The position numbers and the translations under genes are program-made. DNA of 64,000 nt, taken from the NCBI RefSeq assembly GCF_009914755.1, contig NC_060929.1; one strand, given 5' to 3'. A model generated the notes under the pieces. The model saw only the letters and a program-made list of their open reading frames with translations, was not told where the DNA came from and searched no databases. This document shows, piece by piece, positions 13,822-27,540 of the stretch; positions within the stretch are counted from its first letter, which is position 1; each line of letters begins with the position of its first letter. This DNA comes from the human T2T-CHM13v2.0 reference genome, Homo sapiens.

Positions 13822-14576
13822 GCATTGCTTATTAGTTGAATACGTCTTTAAAATTAAATTATTTTGACTCTTTAGAACAATCTCTTTACTGGTTTTGTCT
13901 AGAGTAGGAATGCCCTATTTTCTTTTTTATTCTAATTAGCATATATTATGTTCTGCCCATTAATAGTATATAGACTTAAGAATTTGGATTTCCAACCCAG
14001 TCATTCATGTTTTCATTTTTAAAAATTTTATTGTGAGCATTTCTGGAAAGACTTTGGAAGGGAAAAAGAGTGGCAAATGAAAAATGTTGGTACCTGTTTT
14101 GCCCTGTTTAGATGCTTTATGTAATTCTTACATGTTATTCTTAGGGTAGCTTTTTAATATGTTTTGTCAACTCTGTTTTAGAAATGGGAAATTGAGGTTC
14201 ATAGAGATTGAGAATCTTACCCCAAAGTCTGGTTTTTAAGGAGTAAGAGCAGCATTCAGATTTCAAACTCAGCTCCAGAGCTTATGCACAGCACACTATT
14301 GTGGTGTTTGGAATAATCCACCTGACGGTATTAATTTTCTGAATTCCTCGAAAGTACTTGCTCTGATTTTAAAGCCCCCCAGTCCCCTCTGCCAAAGAAG
14401 TATTAAAACTCATGAGTTAAATATAGAAAAATAAATACATGTGTGTTCTAAAAGTTTGAGGATTTTTTTATTATATAAGCACAGTTTTGGTTTTGCTTCT
14501 TTAAACTGTGGTGCAGTAGAAATGTATCAATGACACCACTGCTTGTGGAACATGAGAAGTCATCTCGTCCAGTTCC

Positions 14577-14881
14577 TTTTTTTTTTTTTTTTTGAGGCAG
14601 GGTCTCACTCTGTTGTCCAGGTTGGAGTGCAGTGGCTTGATTGATCTCGGCTCCCTGCAACCTCCACCTCTCAGGTTCAAGCGATTCTCCCACCCCAGCC
14701 TCCTGAGTAGCTGGGACTACAGGTGCAACGCCACCACACCTGGCTAATTTTTGTATTTTTTGGTAGAGACAGGGTTTTACCATGTTGGCCAGGCTGCTCT
14801 AGAACTCCTGACCTCAAGTGATCCGCCCGCCTTGGCCTCCCAAAGTGCTGGGATTACAGGCGCGAGCTACTATGCCTGGCC
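14577..14881 (-). mobile_element. Alu
   Basis: Poly(T) followed by a reverse Alu dimer. Confidence 0.92.
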
Positions 14882-15073
14882 TCCTTGTTTTACAAATGAG
14901 AAAGTTGGGGGTCAGAAAGGGCTCATGACCTACACAGATTGTAGAAAGTTAACAGACCTGGGGCTTAGAAAGCTTGTCTGCCCCAGTCCATTCTTCTAGG
15001 GGAAGGACATGTTTACGTTTCATGTCACTGTTATTTCACATACACTGAAAGTTTTTCTTTTTTGGTTTTCTAG

Positions 15074-15209
15074 GTGTTACTGCGGAAATGCAAAACTTAG
15101 TCCATCGGCGGATTTATCCATTTTTACTGATGGTCGTGGTATTGATGGCAATTTTGTCCTTCCAAGTCCGCCAGTTTAAGCGCCTTTATGAACATATTAA
15201 AAATGACAA
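15074..15209 (+). CDS. MARCHF6: MARCHF6 penultimate coding exon (136 bp)
   Basis: ttttctag|GT ... AA|gtaagt. Encodes (G)VTAEMQNLVHRRIYPFLLMVVVLMAILSFQVRQFKRLYEHIKND(K). Confidence 0.96.
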
Positions 15210-15346
15210 GTAAGTCTGGCGTTCTGTTCGTCTCTTGTTTAAGTGTTTTCACTTCTTAATTTATGTATCTGATGTGACAAATCATAGGAGGGAAACATGC
15301 TCAGATTCTGGATATACTTGGAGGTGGGATTAGCAAGGTTTGCTGA

Positions 15347-15784
<438 letters not shown>

Positions 15785-16796
15785 AAGAGATTTTTTAATG
15801 TCCATTCCAAATAGTTTTTCAGTCTGTTTTCAAATGTTCTGGTCTGACAGTATATTAAACAGTTTTAGATAAAAATAAGAAGCCTGCATTAGAAACTAGC
15901 AGTGCCTGCATAAGCCCCTCTTGCTTATAGAGGGCCACTAGGTTACTCTGAGGTTGCACAGAGAGGCTTGAGGGTTACTGCAAAAATGTTGTGGGACTCT
16001 CTGTTTTGAGGAAACCATTGAAAACTCTGTCACTTGATCTCAGTGAGAGATTGAGGAAAGCCAAGGAAAACACCTTCCTGGGATAATATTTGACCTTTAT
16101 GTCCGAACTGTAGGCTGAATCATCTGCTTCAATGGGTTCTAGCAGAGAAAGTGAGTTTATGGTTTATCCATCTCAGTCGGCCAAGAGAGTCCCAGTTTAT
16201 ACCTGCTGCCTTTGTGTCATTAACACTACCCCCTTTTACTTGTGCTTGTCCCCCCTTGCACAACAAATTATAGAGTTACCTTATTTATTCTGAGGAGTAA
16301 GATTTTTGAGAATGAAATTTATAGTGTTCAAGACTTCTCCAAAGCATTTACTGACAGTAAAAAATACAAGTACACTTAGGCAGTCAGAGTACAAAGGACT
16401 GTCAACTGAAAGAAGGGGAAGGGGTATTTTCAATGATGAAAATCAACTTCTTAGCACTCAACTTTTTGGCAGAGGAGTAAATACTGCAAACAGAATGACA
16501 AGCAAGACGTGCCCTCAGGGAACTTTCTACCTGCTTCTTTCTTTATGCTGGATGCCTGCCTTTCTGCACCCTGCCCTTCTCAGCCTTTGCCAGGGGTCTA
16601 GACGTTCCCATTGACCTCTTCTTTCTCATGCTCTATCTTCTTCTGCTTTTTCCTGTAGCCCAGTGTCCTCTTTCCTCTTTTCCCATCTGTTCCTTTATGC
16701 AGAAAGGTGTTGAACTGTAGACTTAAGTGAGGGCATGTCTTGTCAGCTGTTGTATATGTACTCTTTAGCACAGGGTTTGGTCTGTGGGAGGTGCTA

Positions 16797-16850
16797 AGAG
16801 TGAGTGAGTGTGTGTGTGTGTGTGTGTGTGAGAGTGTATGTGTGTGTGTG
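16797..16850. repeat. (TG)n/(GAGT) microsatellite
   Basis: Read directly from the sequence. Confidence 0.9.
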
Positions 16851-17844
16851 GTGGGCTTGAGTATGAGAGAGTGAGTGGTGGTGGAAGAGAGGGAGTTGGG
16901 TTCAGAGTCTCCTTTCTCTGCCACTGAATTACTCTTTGGACTTGTACAATTTAACTTGGTTTCTGTATGCTTTTTATTTACTTACTTTGTCATTGCCATA
17001 ATGCTGACCATATTTTTAGTGTATCTTGCTATTTAGTCATTACTGTGTGCCAGGTAGTGCTGTGTATATTTTAGTAGATATTGCTCAGCCTTCACTGTTT
17101 AAAATATTTACAAAATTCTCAAAGTTTTAAAATCAGTGGTTGGTTGGGGAACAGTGGGGTAAGGAATGGCTAACTTCAAGAAAAGAAGGTAAGACAAAAG
17201 AAAAGGAATAAAACAGTGACATTATGGATAAAGATGCAGTAAGATTAGCGTACTTTTAAAAAAGTGACATATTAAGCTACTGGACATAAACTGCCAAAAT
17301 ATTTCCTTAGGCTTGTGTGCATTTACAGAAAAGTGATAGATAAAAGTCAAGGTAGAGAAGGTACTGGTGAAAAGTAAGAGTTCCCACAGTGAGCCCTTAC
17401 AACATGCTAAGCCTTTGTCACCGGGCTGCATACACTTTCCCTTTCTTAAAACAATGCTGCAGCGTGGGACTGTCGGTCTCATTTCACTGATGAGTAAATG
17501 GAGGAAAGGGACGAAGGAAAGCTACCTGACAGCCTGTCATGTGCAGGTTTCACTCTCCCTCAGTCTCCTTCACTCAACTCTGTGGGCTTTTACTGGACAT
17601 TCTCCCTGATCTGCATCTCTGCCTCCAAATGGGTGCCCTTCACACTTGTGCCCAGCCACCTACAGCTTGTTGCTTTCCAGCTTTGTCCCTGCTGTCCTCT
17701 TGGGATCAGCCTGCAAGCCATCTGCTCACATTAAGTAAGGCAGGCCTTCAGTGAGCCTTCGATGCAGCTGTCGCCCTTCCCTGGCATTGGAGATGTCTGT
17801 CTCCTTGAGTAGGATCTCCTGCCCTGTCACTCCAACTACAGTAA

Positions 17845-18423
<579 letters not shown>

Positions 18424-18772
18424 TAAGTTGTTTTATAAAATCTGAACCTTAACAGATAAATCCACTGCATAAGTTTACTGTATCCCTCCTGGCCTCCACA
18501 GGTCTGAGTTTCTGAGACCCCCTAAACCACTGACTGAAGCATGTCCTCCATTGCACAGCATTGGAGGCCTTCCAGCCTGTGCTGCTTCTGCAGCTTCCTA
18601 CAAACCCATACCTAGGTAGATGTGTCAGCCTTTACAGGTGTTCACTCGGGACTCCCTTTGACTTGCCCAACCATTGACGAGTTTTAAGTAGGAGTTAGAT
18701 TTAAAAAGACATATGAATGTTTTACTCTGTACATTCATAGAAGAGAGTAACCACCTTGTTTTTGCAACCTAG

Positions 18773-18863
18773 GTACCTTGTGGGTCAACGACTCGTGAAC
18801 TACGAACGGAAATCTGGCAAACAAGGCTCATCTCCACCACCTCCACAGTCATCCCAAGAATAA
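18773..18863 (+). CDS. MARCHF6: MARCHF6 terminal coding exon, including the conserved C-terminal element (YLVGQRLVNYE), stop TAA 18861-18863
   Basis: acctag|G TAC CTT GTG ... GAA TAA. Encodes (K)YLVGQRLVNYERKSGKQGSSPPPPQSSQE*. Confidence 0.96.
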
Positions 18864-20475
18864 AGTAGTTGTCTCAACAACTTGACCTTCCCCTTTACAT
18901 GTCCTTTTTTGTGGACTTCTCTCTTTGGAGATTTTTCCCAGTGATCTCTCAGCGTTGTTTTTAAGTTAAATGTATTTGACTTGTGTTCTCAGCATTCAGA
19001 GAGCAGCGGTGTAAGATTCTGCTGTTCTCCCTGGATCTTCTGACATTACTGCTGTCTGAGATTTGTATATGTGTAAATACAAGTTCCTTGATACCCTAAA
19101 ACCTTGGATTAAACAGAATGTGCATTGTACATCTTTAAACAAAATGTATATTAATTTATTAAATCTAGTTGTCACTTTATTTTGGACCTGCTGTGATCTC
19201 GACAGGAAACGTGCCACAGAGCAGTAGTGCGCAGGCAAGACTTTTCAGTGACGCCTTGTGGAACGCAGTTCATGATGTCCTAGCAGCTCTCACTAAGGGA
19301 ACTGTACATTCTTTCTTTCTTGGCTATTCAGACCTTACCAAGAACGTTAAAGGAAACAAGTAGAAATCAGCAGTGGAGTGTCTGTGGTAAGAAAACATGA
19401 ACTTTATGCTTCACTGTTAGTTGTTTGTGGAAGTTATTTTGTATAACACCAAAGCTGTTGTACATTTCCTACTGCCTGATTTTTTTCATGTGTCTGTGTT
19501 TGTAATATTGTATAGTATCTTGTGCTAGGTGAGGAAATTATTTTTAATTTTGATAATTTAATATTCCTAGTGTGATCAGCATTGGGAGTTGGGTTTCAGT
19601 GGGGCATGTCTATACTTAGAGAAAAAAAGTCCAAATGAAGATTTTCATGAGTCAGCCCCCCCGCCCGCCCCCACCCCACACCCACATCCTCTCTTTTCCA
19701 CACACAACTATCTGTTTATTTTTTGTAGCAGTGGCCGAAAGTCCTGCAAGGTCATAAATCTTTCAGAGTGACATCACCAACTGTACTGCATCTTACTGGA
19801 TTTAGGACTTCTGAGATGCTTGTGAAGTATAGATGTGGTTGTGGTCTTAGATTGACAGCATTAGAGAAGACTGGTTAGAACATCTGGTCTCGCTGGTTAG
19901 TGCCTCGTTGGCTGAGGACTAGGTGTGCATTTCTCCTAGCTTTTCATCAGGAAATCCCAAAGTTTCCAAAGCTTTTTGTTTACAGAATAAAACTTCAAAT
20001 AAAACCAATTCATTATTTGTCCAGAAGGAAGCTTGGCTGAGCTGGCCTTTTAACATAGGAATGTATTTCGTTGGAAACATTCTGAAAAATCTCAGAGAAC
20101 TGAACCCTTACAAACTTTGTTTTCCCTCATAACCAAAGCTTCAGGTTAGAAGTTTAGAAAAATAGAATGGTTGGGTACATGATCTAAATGTTTAATGCTA
20201 AAGGTATATCGTAAGGGTAGTGTTTGTTTTTGAACGATAATTTAGAAGTTCTCATAGAAAGCGTATAACATAGGTCTTCAGAAACTATAAAAGAATTTTC
20301 ATATAGTATTAAAATCCATAGACTAAAATCTGAGAATTTTTTAACATATGCAAGTCAGCCAAACATAAGCTACCAAAATAAAGAGCAATGTGTTCTGGCT
20401 GTTTTATACTTCAACAATTTTTTCCCTAAGTGGTAAGCAATTACTTTAAAACATATTTTTAAAAACATCGGTATC

Positions 20476-20573
20476 GGGAGCTGCGGTGGCTCCGGCCGGT
20501 TGTCCTGGCACACAAGGAGGCGAGGCTATGCGTTCGAGGCCAACCTAGGCAAAATTGGAAAAAAAAAAAAAAA
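20476..20573 (+). ncRNA. snaR/ASR/CAS-like (deleted Alu left-monomer-derived) short Pol III retroelement
   Basis: A-box-like TGGCTCCGGCCGG 20487-20499, B box GTTCGAGGC 20532-20540, A15 tail 20559-20573, flanking repeat ATCGGTATC/ATCAGTATC. Resembles snaR motifs GTGGCTCAGGCCGGTTG and GTTCGAGGCCAGCCTGG recalled from memory. Confidence 0.65.
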
Positions 20574-20801
20574 TCAGTATCAGAAATAATGCTTGACATA
20601 GGATTCAGTGTTATACTCTTTGGCACTTTAGAGCAGCCTTTTCTCTCATTTGAAATAAGGTCTTTGTTAGCCCTACCTTTACTCAGAAATTTAGTCCTAC
20701 TATAAAAAATTAGGATTTTAAAATATAATGCTGCCTGTCATAGTGTATTTCTAAATTGCTCTCTTTGGGAGAAAAACATTATTATTGAATTGAGCATATA
20801 A

Positions 20802-21152
<351 letters not shown>

Positions 21153-24100
21153 AACTTGATTATATTAATTTTGGGTTTTTTGTTTTGTTTTGTTTTGTTT
21201 TTTAATTTTTCAAAGAATTTGTGGATCTTGGTATAAAGTCATTGGAACATATCTGTTTTAACAGCAAGAGATCCTAGGCAGATACTTCAAAAGGTTAAAA
21301 ATTCTTAATCCTACAGAATTTTAAATGAATCTTATCAATGTTTTGTAAACAAACAATATGAATGGCCAAAAAATTGCCCTCCATTTTACTGGCAGGTAAT
21401 TTATATTGTCTTACTTAAGAATTCTCCCCTAGTTTTTCAATTGTACTTTATCGTGTTGTTTTCAATGAGATAAGTATTTTCATAGGGAAAGCATTTTCCA
21501 GCATAATATTTGCTTGGGTAGCATCCGGGTTTTAGTATTTAACCAAGAGCCTTTTAAATATTGAAAACCCATAGTTCAGAAAATGTTAGTATTGCTGCCC
21601 TTCTTCACATAAATTTTTTTTTAAATTATACTATTATTTTGCTTAATTTTATATTGGGTTAAAACAACCTTCAAGAAGGTTAACTAGGAAAGAAGACCTT
21701 TTTGTTTTATTTTTACTATTTATATATAGAAGACAAATCAGCATTTGGTGATAGTTTTACATGACCAGTTATCAAACGGTCATAGTATGAAGTGTGCAGT
21801 TGTTCATTATTAGTAAATTATGTTTGATTTTTAAACTATTTAGTACTAATAGTTGAGATGAAAACTGAAGAAAAATGCCAATGTGACGTTTGTGTATAGC
21901 TAGCCTTAAAAAACTTCCCATGTTTTTAGGTGACTTTTTTCCCCCTCTTAGTACTCTGGAGAAACAATGAAGATGGGCCATCTCAATTCCAGATGTAAAC
22001 AAAAAGTAATTTTTATTTCAACATTTAATGTAACTGCTATTATTGTGGATTCTTGTCTTGTGTATTTTCTTTCCCTTATTCAAGTAATATAGAATAACTT
22101 TCCTTAAAATGATTTGATCCAAGATACGTCATTTCTGTATTGGCAAAATGCCACTATTAAAGTGTAATTCTTGAATTTAGGTTGAATTGATGACTTTTTA
22201 AAACAAAACAAACACTGGACAGTTCTACATTGTATTGCGTTTGCGAATGTGCGTGAACACACGCACACGTGCAGGAGAATGTAGTGCCATAAGAACACTG
22301 GCGCTTTTTAAAACTTTCCAAGCTAGCTACTTATTTTCATTTTCAGGGTTGAGTACTCTAAGCTCTCTACTTACTGTGAGAAGTTTTCTACATTGTAAAA
22401 TTAAAAGATTATATTTAAAATACTTCTTTAGGATGTTATTCAGCCATCAAAAAAAAACCCAACTAAAATGTCTTACCAGTAAAGTATTATTAAAAGCCTC
22501 ATTTGTGGAGATTCGCTGACTTCCTTGGTTAAGCTGTCTTGTATTTACTTAATTTGTCCCCTCAACCAGGTGTTTTCTTTTCAGCCTGTTACTGTCCTGT
22601 GCCATTTTTAAAAATAGCCATCATGAGTAAGGGCTTCTTTAAAATAATCCCTGACAATATCTTTGGCATTAATACGACATAAAGACAAGACAGTATATGT
22701 ATGTTTTCATTCCTGTTTTGTACGAGTGCCTCATTTTGTAGTCATGAAAGTAACATAGTACCTTAAATAAAAATGTAATGACTAATCTAAGGTCTAGGAA
22801 TAACTATTGTAGAAGCTAAGTAGAACACTTAGTTTGGGGTGTCAATTTTCTATCAACGCAAACACCTTAGGGTACCCAGACCAATTTTATGTATATATAT
22901 TCTGAAATGCTCCCTTTTTAATGTGGTCATTTGTTGCCTTCTAAGTTGAGAGGACAAAACTGAATAAAGTGAATGTTAATTGTAGTCTAGTTTTTTTGTT
23001 TGTTTTTGTGTTATTGCAAGATTGCTTTAAGATTGCAGAAATATGCATTATTAGCCAGCATAGATAATCCAGATGTTATAATAGGAAGGAAAAACAACTC
23101 CAGTTAAATGTGACTGTGGCGACTCCCTTTTATGTATACATTTAAATGCATAGTTGCAGAGGACACATCCCTCCCCTTCTGTCTCCCTAACTTGAACTGT
23201 AGACCGTCCTCACTGGGAAGAGTAAGGCCCCACATTTTGTGCAATAGCAAGCTACTGCCCACTTCTGCATGTCTGCTACGAGATCAGAAAGTCAGTTTCA
23301 CTAAGGTTGTCTTTTAGCTGAATACTTAGAGTAAAACCAATCAAATCCATTGTACATACCTGACCATATGTCCCAGATAAAAAGGAAAGACTTGCGTGAT
23401 GTTTTTTTCCTTCTGAGTGCCCTGAGGAGATCCTTTTGCTTCAGACTATTTCTAATTTTTCTTTGTTTATAGGTTCAGAATTTTTTCCATGATTGTTTTC
23501 CCCCAAACAAGTGCATTTTTAATTACTTTAAATGCAGGGGTGATAGAGGAAATGCTATTCGAACCATAGACATCTTTAATCTGTGAAGCTGAAATTTTTC
23601 AGCAAAGGAAATTGCATGGTCAAGTTCAGAAACTGGCCATTAATTTCCCCCTTCCGCTCCACAGTTCATAGCTACTCTTGTTGCAAACATGTAGTGATAA
23701 GGAGAACTAACGTATCAAGGGGCTGAGAGGGTAACGTTCCCCTCCTCCTCCATGTTTTTATTTTGGTGTCTGTTTTGTTTCTAGCACTGTATTTAGTACT
23801 GTAGTTGAATGAGGTATGATGTCTCCCTTCAAGGAACTCAGAATGGAACAGAAGCATGAGCAAAAGATTGTATTACAGAGGTATGAATAAAATGCCATGG
23901 GGAACACAGAGAAAGGTTCACCCGGGAGAGATGGCCTAGCCACTTCCTTAGTGACTGTTTGGTATATGTAGGTCCCCCTGCCATTACTCTTTCAGCCTTC
24001 TGCAATCTAGTTCTACTTAGTCACACACTTCTCTAAGACCACTCATACGTAAACACTACGTAGAGGCCCCTTTTTGCCTCATTTTACATTGTTTAGTTAT

Positions 24101-24279
24101 CATTTTGAAACTTTTCTTCACATATGTAACAGTGCCGGAGTTTTTCTGCTTCTCTGTGTTTGTTCAGTAACTCTTCTTTAGGATACACCTAAAGATGAGA
24201 AGCTTCATACCCAGTACTCCTCTTCATTCACTCATATGTTTTTGGGATCAGTCCCTTCTGCTGGCTGTGCATTGGTCTA

Positions 24280-24730
24280 ATGGAACAGAATAGAGTCCAG
24301 AAATAACCCAACATGTATGTGGACAACTGGTTTTTGACAGAGGTGCAAAGGTCTTGAAAAAATGATGCTGGAATAATTGGGCATCAGATGCAAAATTAAA
24401 AACAAATTGATCCATATCTTAACACTGGCAAAGATTAAAGTCCAAATGGATTATAGTTCCCCAAAACTGTATAATTTCTAGAAGACAACAAGGAAAACGT
24501 GTTCAGCCTTGGGTTAGGAAAAGATTTCTTAAATCCAACACCAAAAGCACAATCCATGAAGGAAAAATCGATAAATTGTACTTTATCAAAATTGAGAACT
24601 TCTCTTTGAAAGGTACCATAAGGAGAACAAAAAGACAAGCTGTAGAGTGGCAGAAAAATATTTGCAAAACATTTCTGATAAATGAGTTGCATCTAGATTA
24701 CATAAAGAAGTCTCAAAACTGAACAAGTAA
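24280..24730 (+). mobile_element. Old L1 ORF2 3' fragment
   Basis: aatggaacagaatagagtccagaaataaccc...aaatatttgcaaaacatttctgataaa is typical L1M sequence. Confidence 0.8.
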
Positions 24731-24779
24731 ACCCATTGTTTACTTAATCGCTGTTTCTCCTGAGCTTGCTGCCTCTGCC

Positions 24780-25375
24780 CCTGCTCTCTCTCCTTTTCCA
24801 TTTGTTTTCAACATTGAATCCAGAATGTTCTTCTTGAGATCCAAGTCAGATCACACCAACCCTCAGAACTCTCCAATAGACGACCATGGCACTCAAAAGT
24901 CCACAATAGCCTTCAATGCTGGGCAAAACATGAAGCACCCCTTTTCTCCCTTCTCTGACCCCATCACCTCTGTGTTCACCCTGCTCCTGCCGTCCTCCCT
25001 GCCTCCAAAACAGGTCAGGCCTTCGTGCCTTTGCACTTACTATTTGCAATACCCAAATGTTCTTCAGGCTCTTTAGCCTCTTCATTTCTTTCCTGAAGTG
25101 TCATTCTCACTGAGGCTTATCTAAAGCTGCAGCTACTGGGGCATTCCTGTCTCATCTCCCTGCTGTATTTTGTACTCCCGGCTCTCTTTTGTACTTTTAA
25201 ACATACTATATGGTTTACCTTTGTTGTTTATATTTGCATGTTGTTTCCCACTTGAATGTAAGCTCCAAAGATTTTATTTTTTTAAACTGAATTATTACTG
25301 TATTCCCAGAACAATTCCCTGGCAAATATTTGGTACTCAATAGTAATGCTAAGTTAGTAAATAAATGATGAATTT
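24780..25375. mobile_element. L2 3' fragment
   Basis: aagtcagatcacacc...gaatgtaagctcc...gtactcaatag...aaataaatgatgaat are L2 3'-end motifs. Confidence 0.65.
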
Positions 25376-25501
25376 AGAATCAAAATAACGTGTCTATGGC
25401 CAAAATAAAACCTGAAATCCCTGTCCTATTTCCCAGAGGTAACTGCTGTTAATAGTTTAGTTGTGTGCTTCCAGACATACCTTCACAGAATCATTTATCA
25501 C

Positions 25502-25507
25502 AATAAA
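25502..25507 (+). terminator. Candidate distal poly(A) signal of MARCHF6
   Basis: AATAAA followed about 15 nt later by CA and then GT/T-rich sequence (gattgtttgac...ctttttt). Confidence 0.5.
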
Positions 25508-25673
25508 GGTGTCATACTATGCAGATTGTTTGACAAGATGCTTTTTTTCACTTTACACGGGCATCTTTTCATACCATTGTGTGGCCAGGCCATGATTTGT
25601 TTTCCAAAAGACATTTACCCAATTTATATGGTGAAGATTTTTGTCCATATTACTTTTTATAGTATTTCTGTAG

Positions 25674-26068
<395 letters not shown>

Positions 26069-26619
26069 CGGATTTCTTGTTTTCATACTGTCATCAACTT
26101 TAAATACAAGTATTTTCAGTTTTTGCCAATGCTGTTAATTTAGAAATGTGTATGTATATATTGTCTGGTGGGTGTTTGGATGGAAACGATCAAAATCGGG
26201 CAACTTCCCCAGTTTCCTTGAAGGGAGTGCTTGCCATCGGCCCCTCTGGGAAGTAGCTCTCCGTAGTTCTCCATCTTCCTGTTTTGAGGAACGCAGGAGG
26301 AGGTGGATCTGGAGTCTCATCCATTCGGTGGCTGTTAACGGCAACTGCAGCAGCCAGCCAGGTCACCCCCTAAAGCAAAGTTAACCCCTTGCATGGTGCC
26401 TTGGTCAGCACCCACCAAATTCGAGGTTTCTCCTATCCTTCGACTCGAGGCTCTTTTGACAGATGTGATTTATTTCCTCCTAGAGCCAGTCACATTGGCT
26501 CAAGCAACCTATCGTAAGAAAACAAATACAATAGTGTTTTAGCTGGAAACTGCCCACTGTCTAAGCGGCTTTTTAAATTAAGAACTCAGGTTCACTACGG
26601 GATGGCTTAGGCCAGGGAA

Positions 26620-27540
26620 CAGCATGTGCGAAGTTCGAAGCCCGAGAAGTTTGGAGGAGCGGCCCCAGGCGCAGGCGGGTCCCGCAGCGGGGCCCGTGCC
26701 GCCCAGGCGATCAGCCCCTTCACTTAACCCGCTTCCCTCCTAGCAGGCCCGAGTCCCCTAGCCTCAGCCTCACGCAGCCAGAGCAAGGGGAAGAGGGAGT
26801 CCTTCGTGAGTTCGCCGCTCACATTCGGCGGTGGGAAACCGATCCGAAGATGCTTTTGTAGGCGAAACGCTCAGCTCGCGCGGCTCTGAACCACCGGGGA
26901 GCAGCGGCTGCTGCTAGTCGGACTACGCCAGCACCTCCTTGTCCAGCCCGGGAGCAGCCCCGCCTCGCTCAGGGCCGCGTGCGCGTGCGCGGCTCCAGGG
27001 GCGGGGCCTGCTCGCGTCCCGGGTGCCTGGATACCGAGCGCGTCCGTAGTGGCGGCTGGCGCTAGGGAACTGCAGGGTCTAGGGTGTTGTTGGAGTGGCA
27101 GTTGGTCCGAATTTCTCCCGAAGCCCGCGGAGGAGCGGGTAAGAGCCCCGCGAATCCGGCCCCAACCTCGGGAACGGGATGGGAGGCGGCCCTGGCCGCA
27201 AGCCCCGCGCTGCTAGCGGGTCCACCGCGTCGTAGCCGACAGCCGCCCTTCTTCCTCGCAGCGCGCCGCGATTCACCAGCCTGGTCCCTTCTGCGGAGAG
27301 CGATGCCGCTTCCCGACACCATGTTCTGCGCTCAGCAGATCCACATTCCCCCGGAGCTGCCGGACATCCTGAAGCAATTCACCAAGGCTGCCATCCGCAC
27401 CCAGCCGGCCGACGTGCTGCGGTGGTCCGCGGGGTAAGCGCCCTTGGCCCGGGGAGCTGTCCGGTCTACATGCCCAAGCCAGACGAGCCCAGAGAGCCCT
27501 CCTCCCGGACCAGGGGCCCTACGCGGCACTCAGCGTCCTT
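26620..27540. promoter_or_regulatory. CpG island / ROPN1L promoter (likely bidirectional)
   Basis: Dense CpG and high GC. NRF1-like TGCGCGTGCGCG 26980-26991, GC box GGGGCGGGGC 26998-27007, X-box-like motifs at 27022-27034 and 27058-27070. Confidence 0.85.
27303..27433 (+). CDS. ROPN1L: ROPN1L coding exon 1 (RIIa-type dimerisation/docking domain; AKAP-associated sperm protein, radial-spoke component)
   Basis: ATG at 27303. Encodes MPLPDTMFCAQQIHIPPELPDILKQFTKAAIRTQPADVLRWSA(G); donor GG|gtaagc. Confidence 0.95.

Noticed and set aside
26400-26950. Antisense lncRNA (ROPN1L-AS1) recalled from annotation
   Set aside because: Its boundaries cannot be derived from sequence alone, so it is noted only as likely bidirectional promoter activity.
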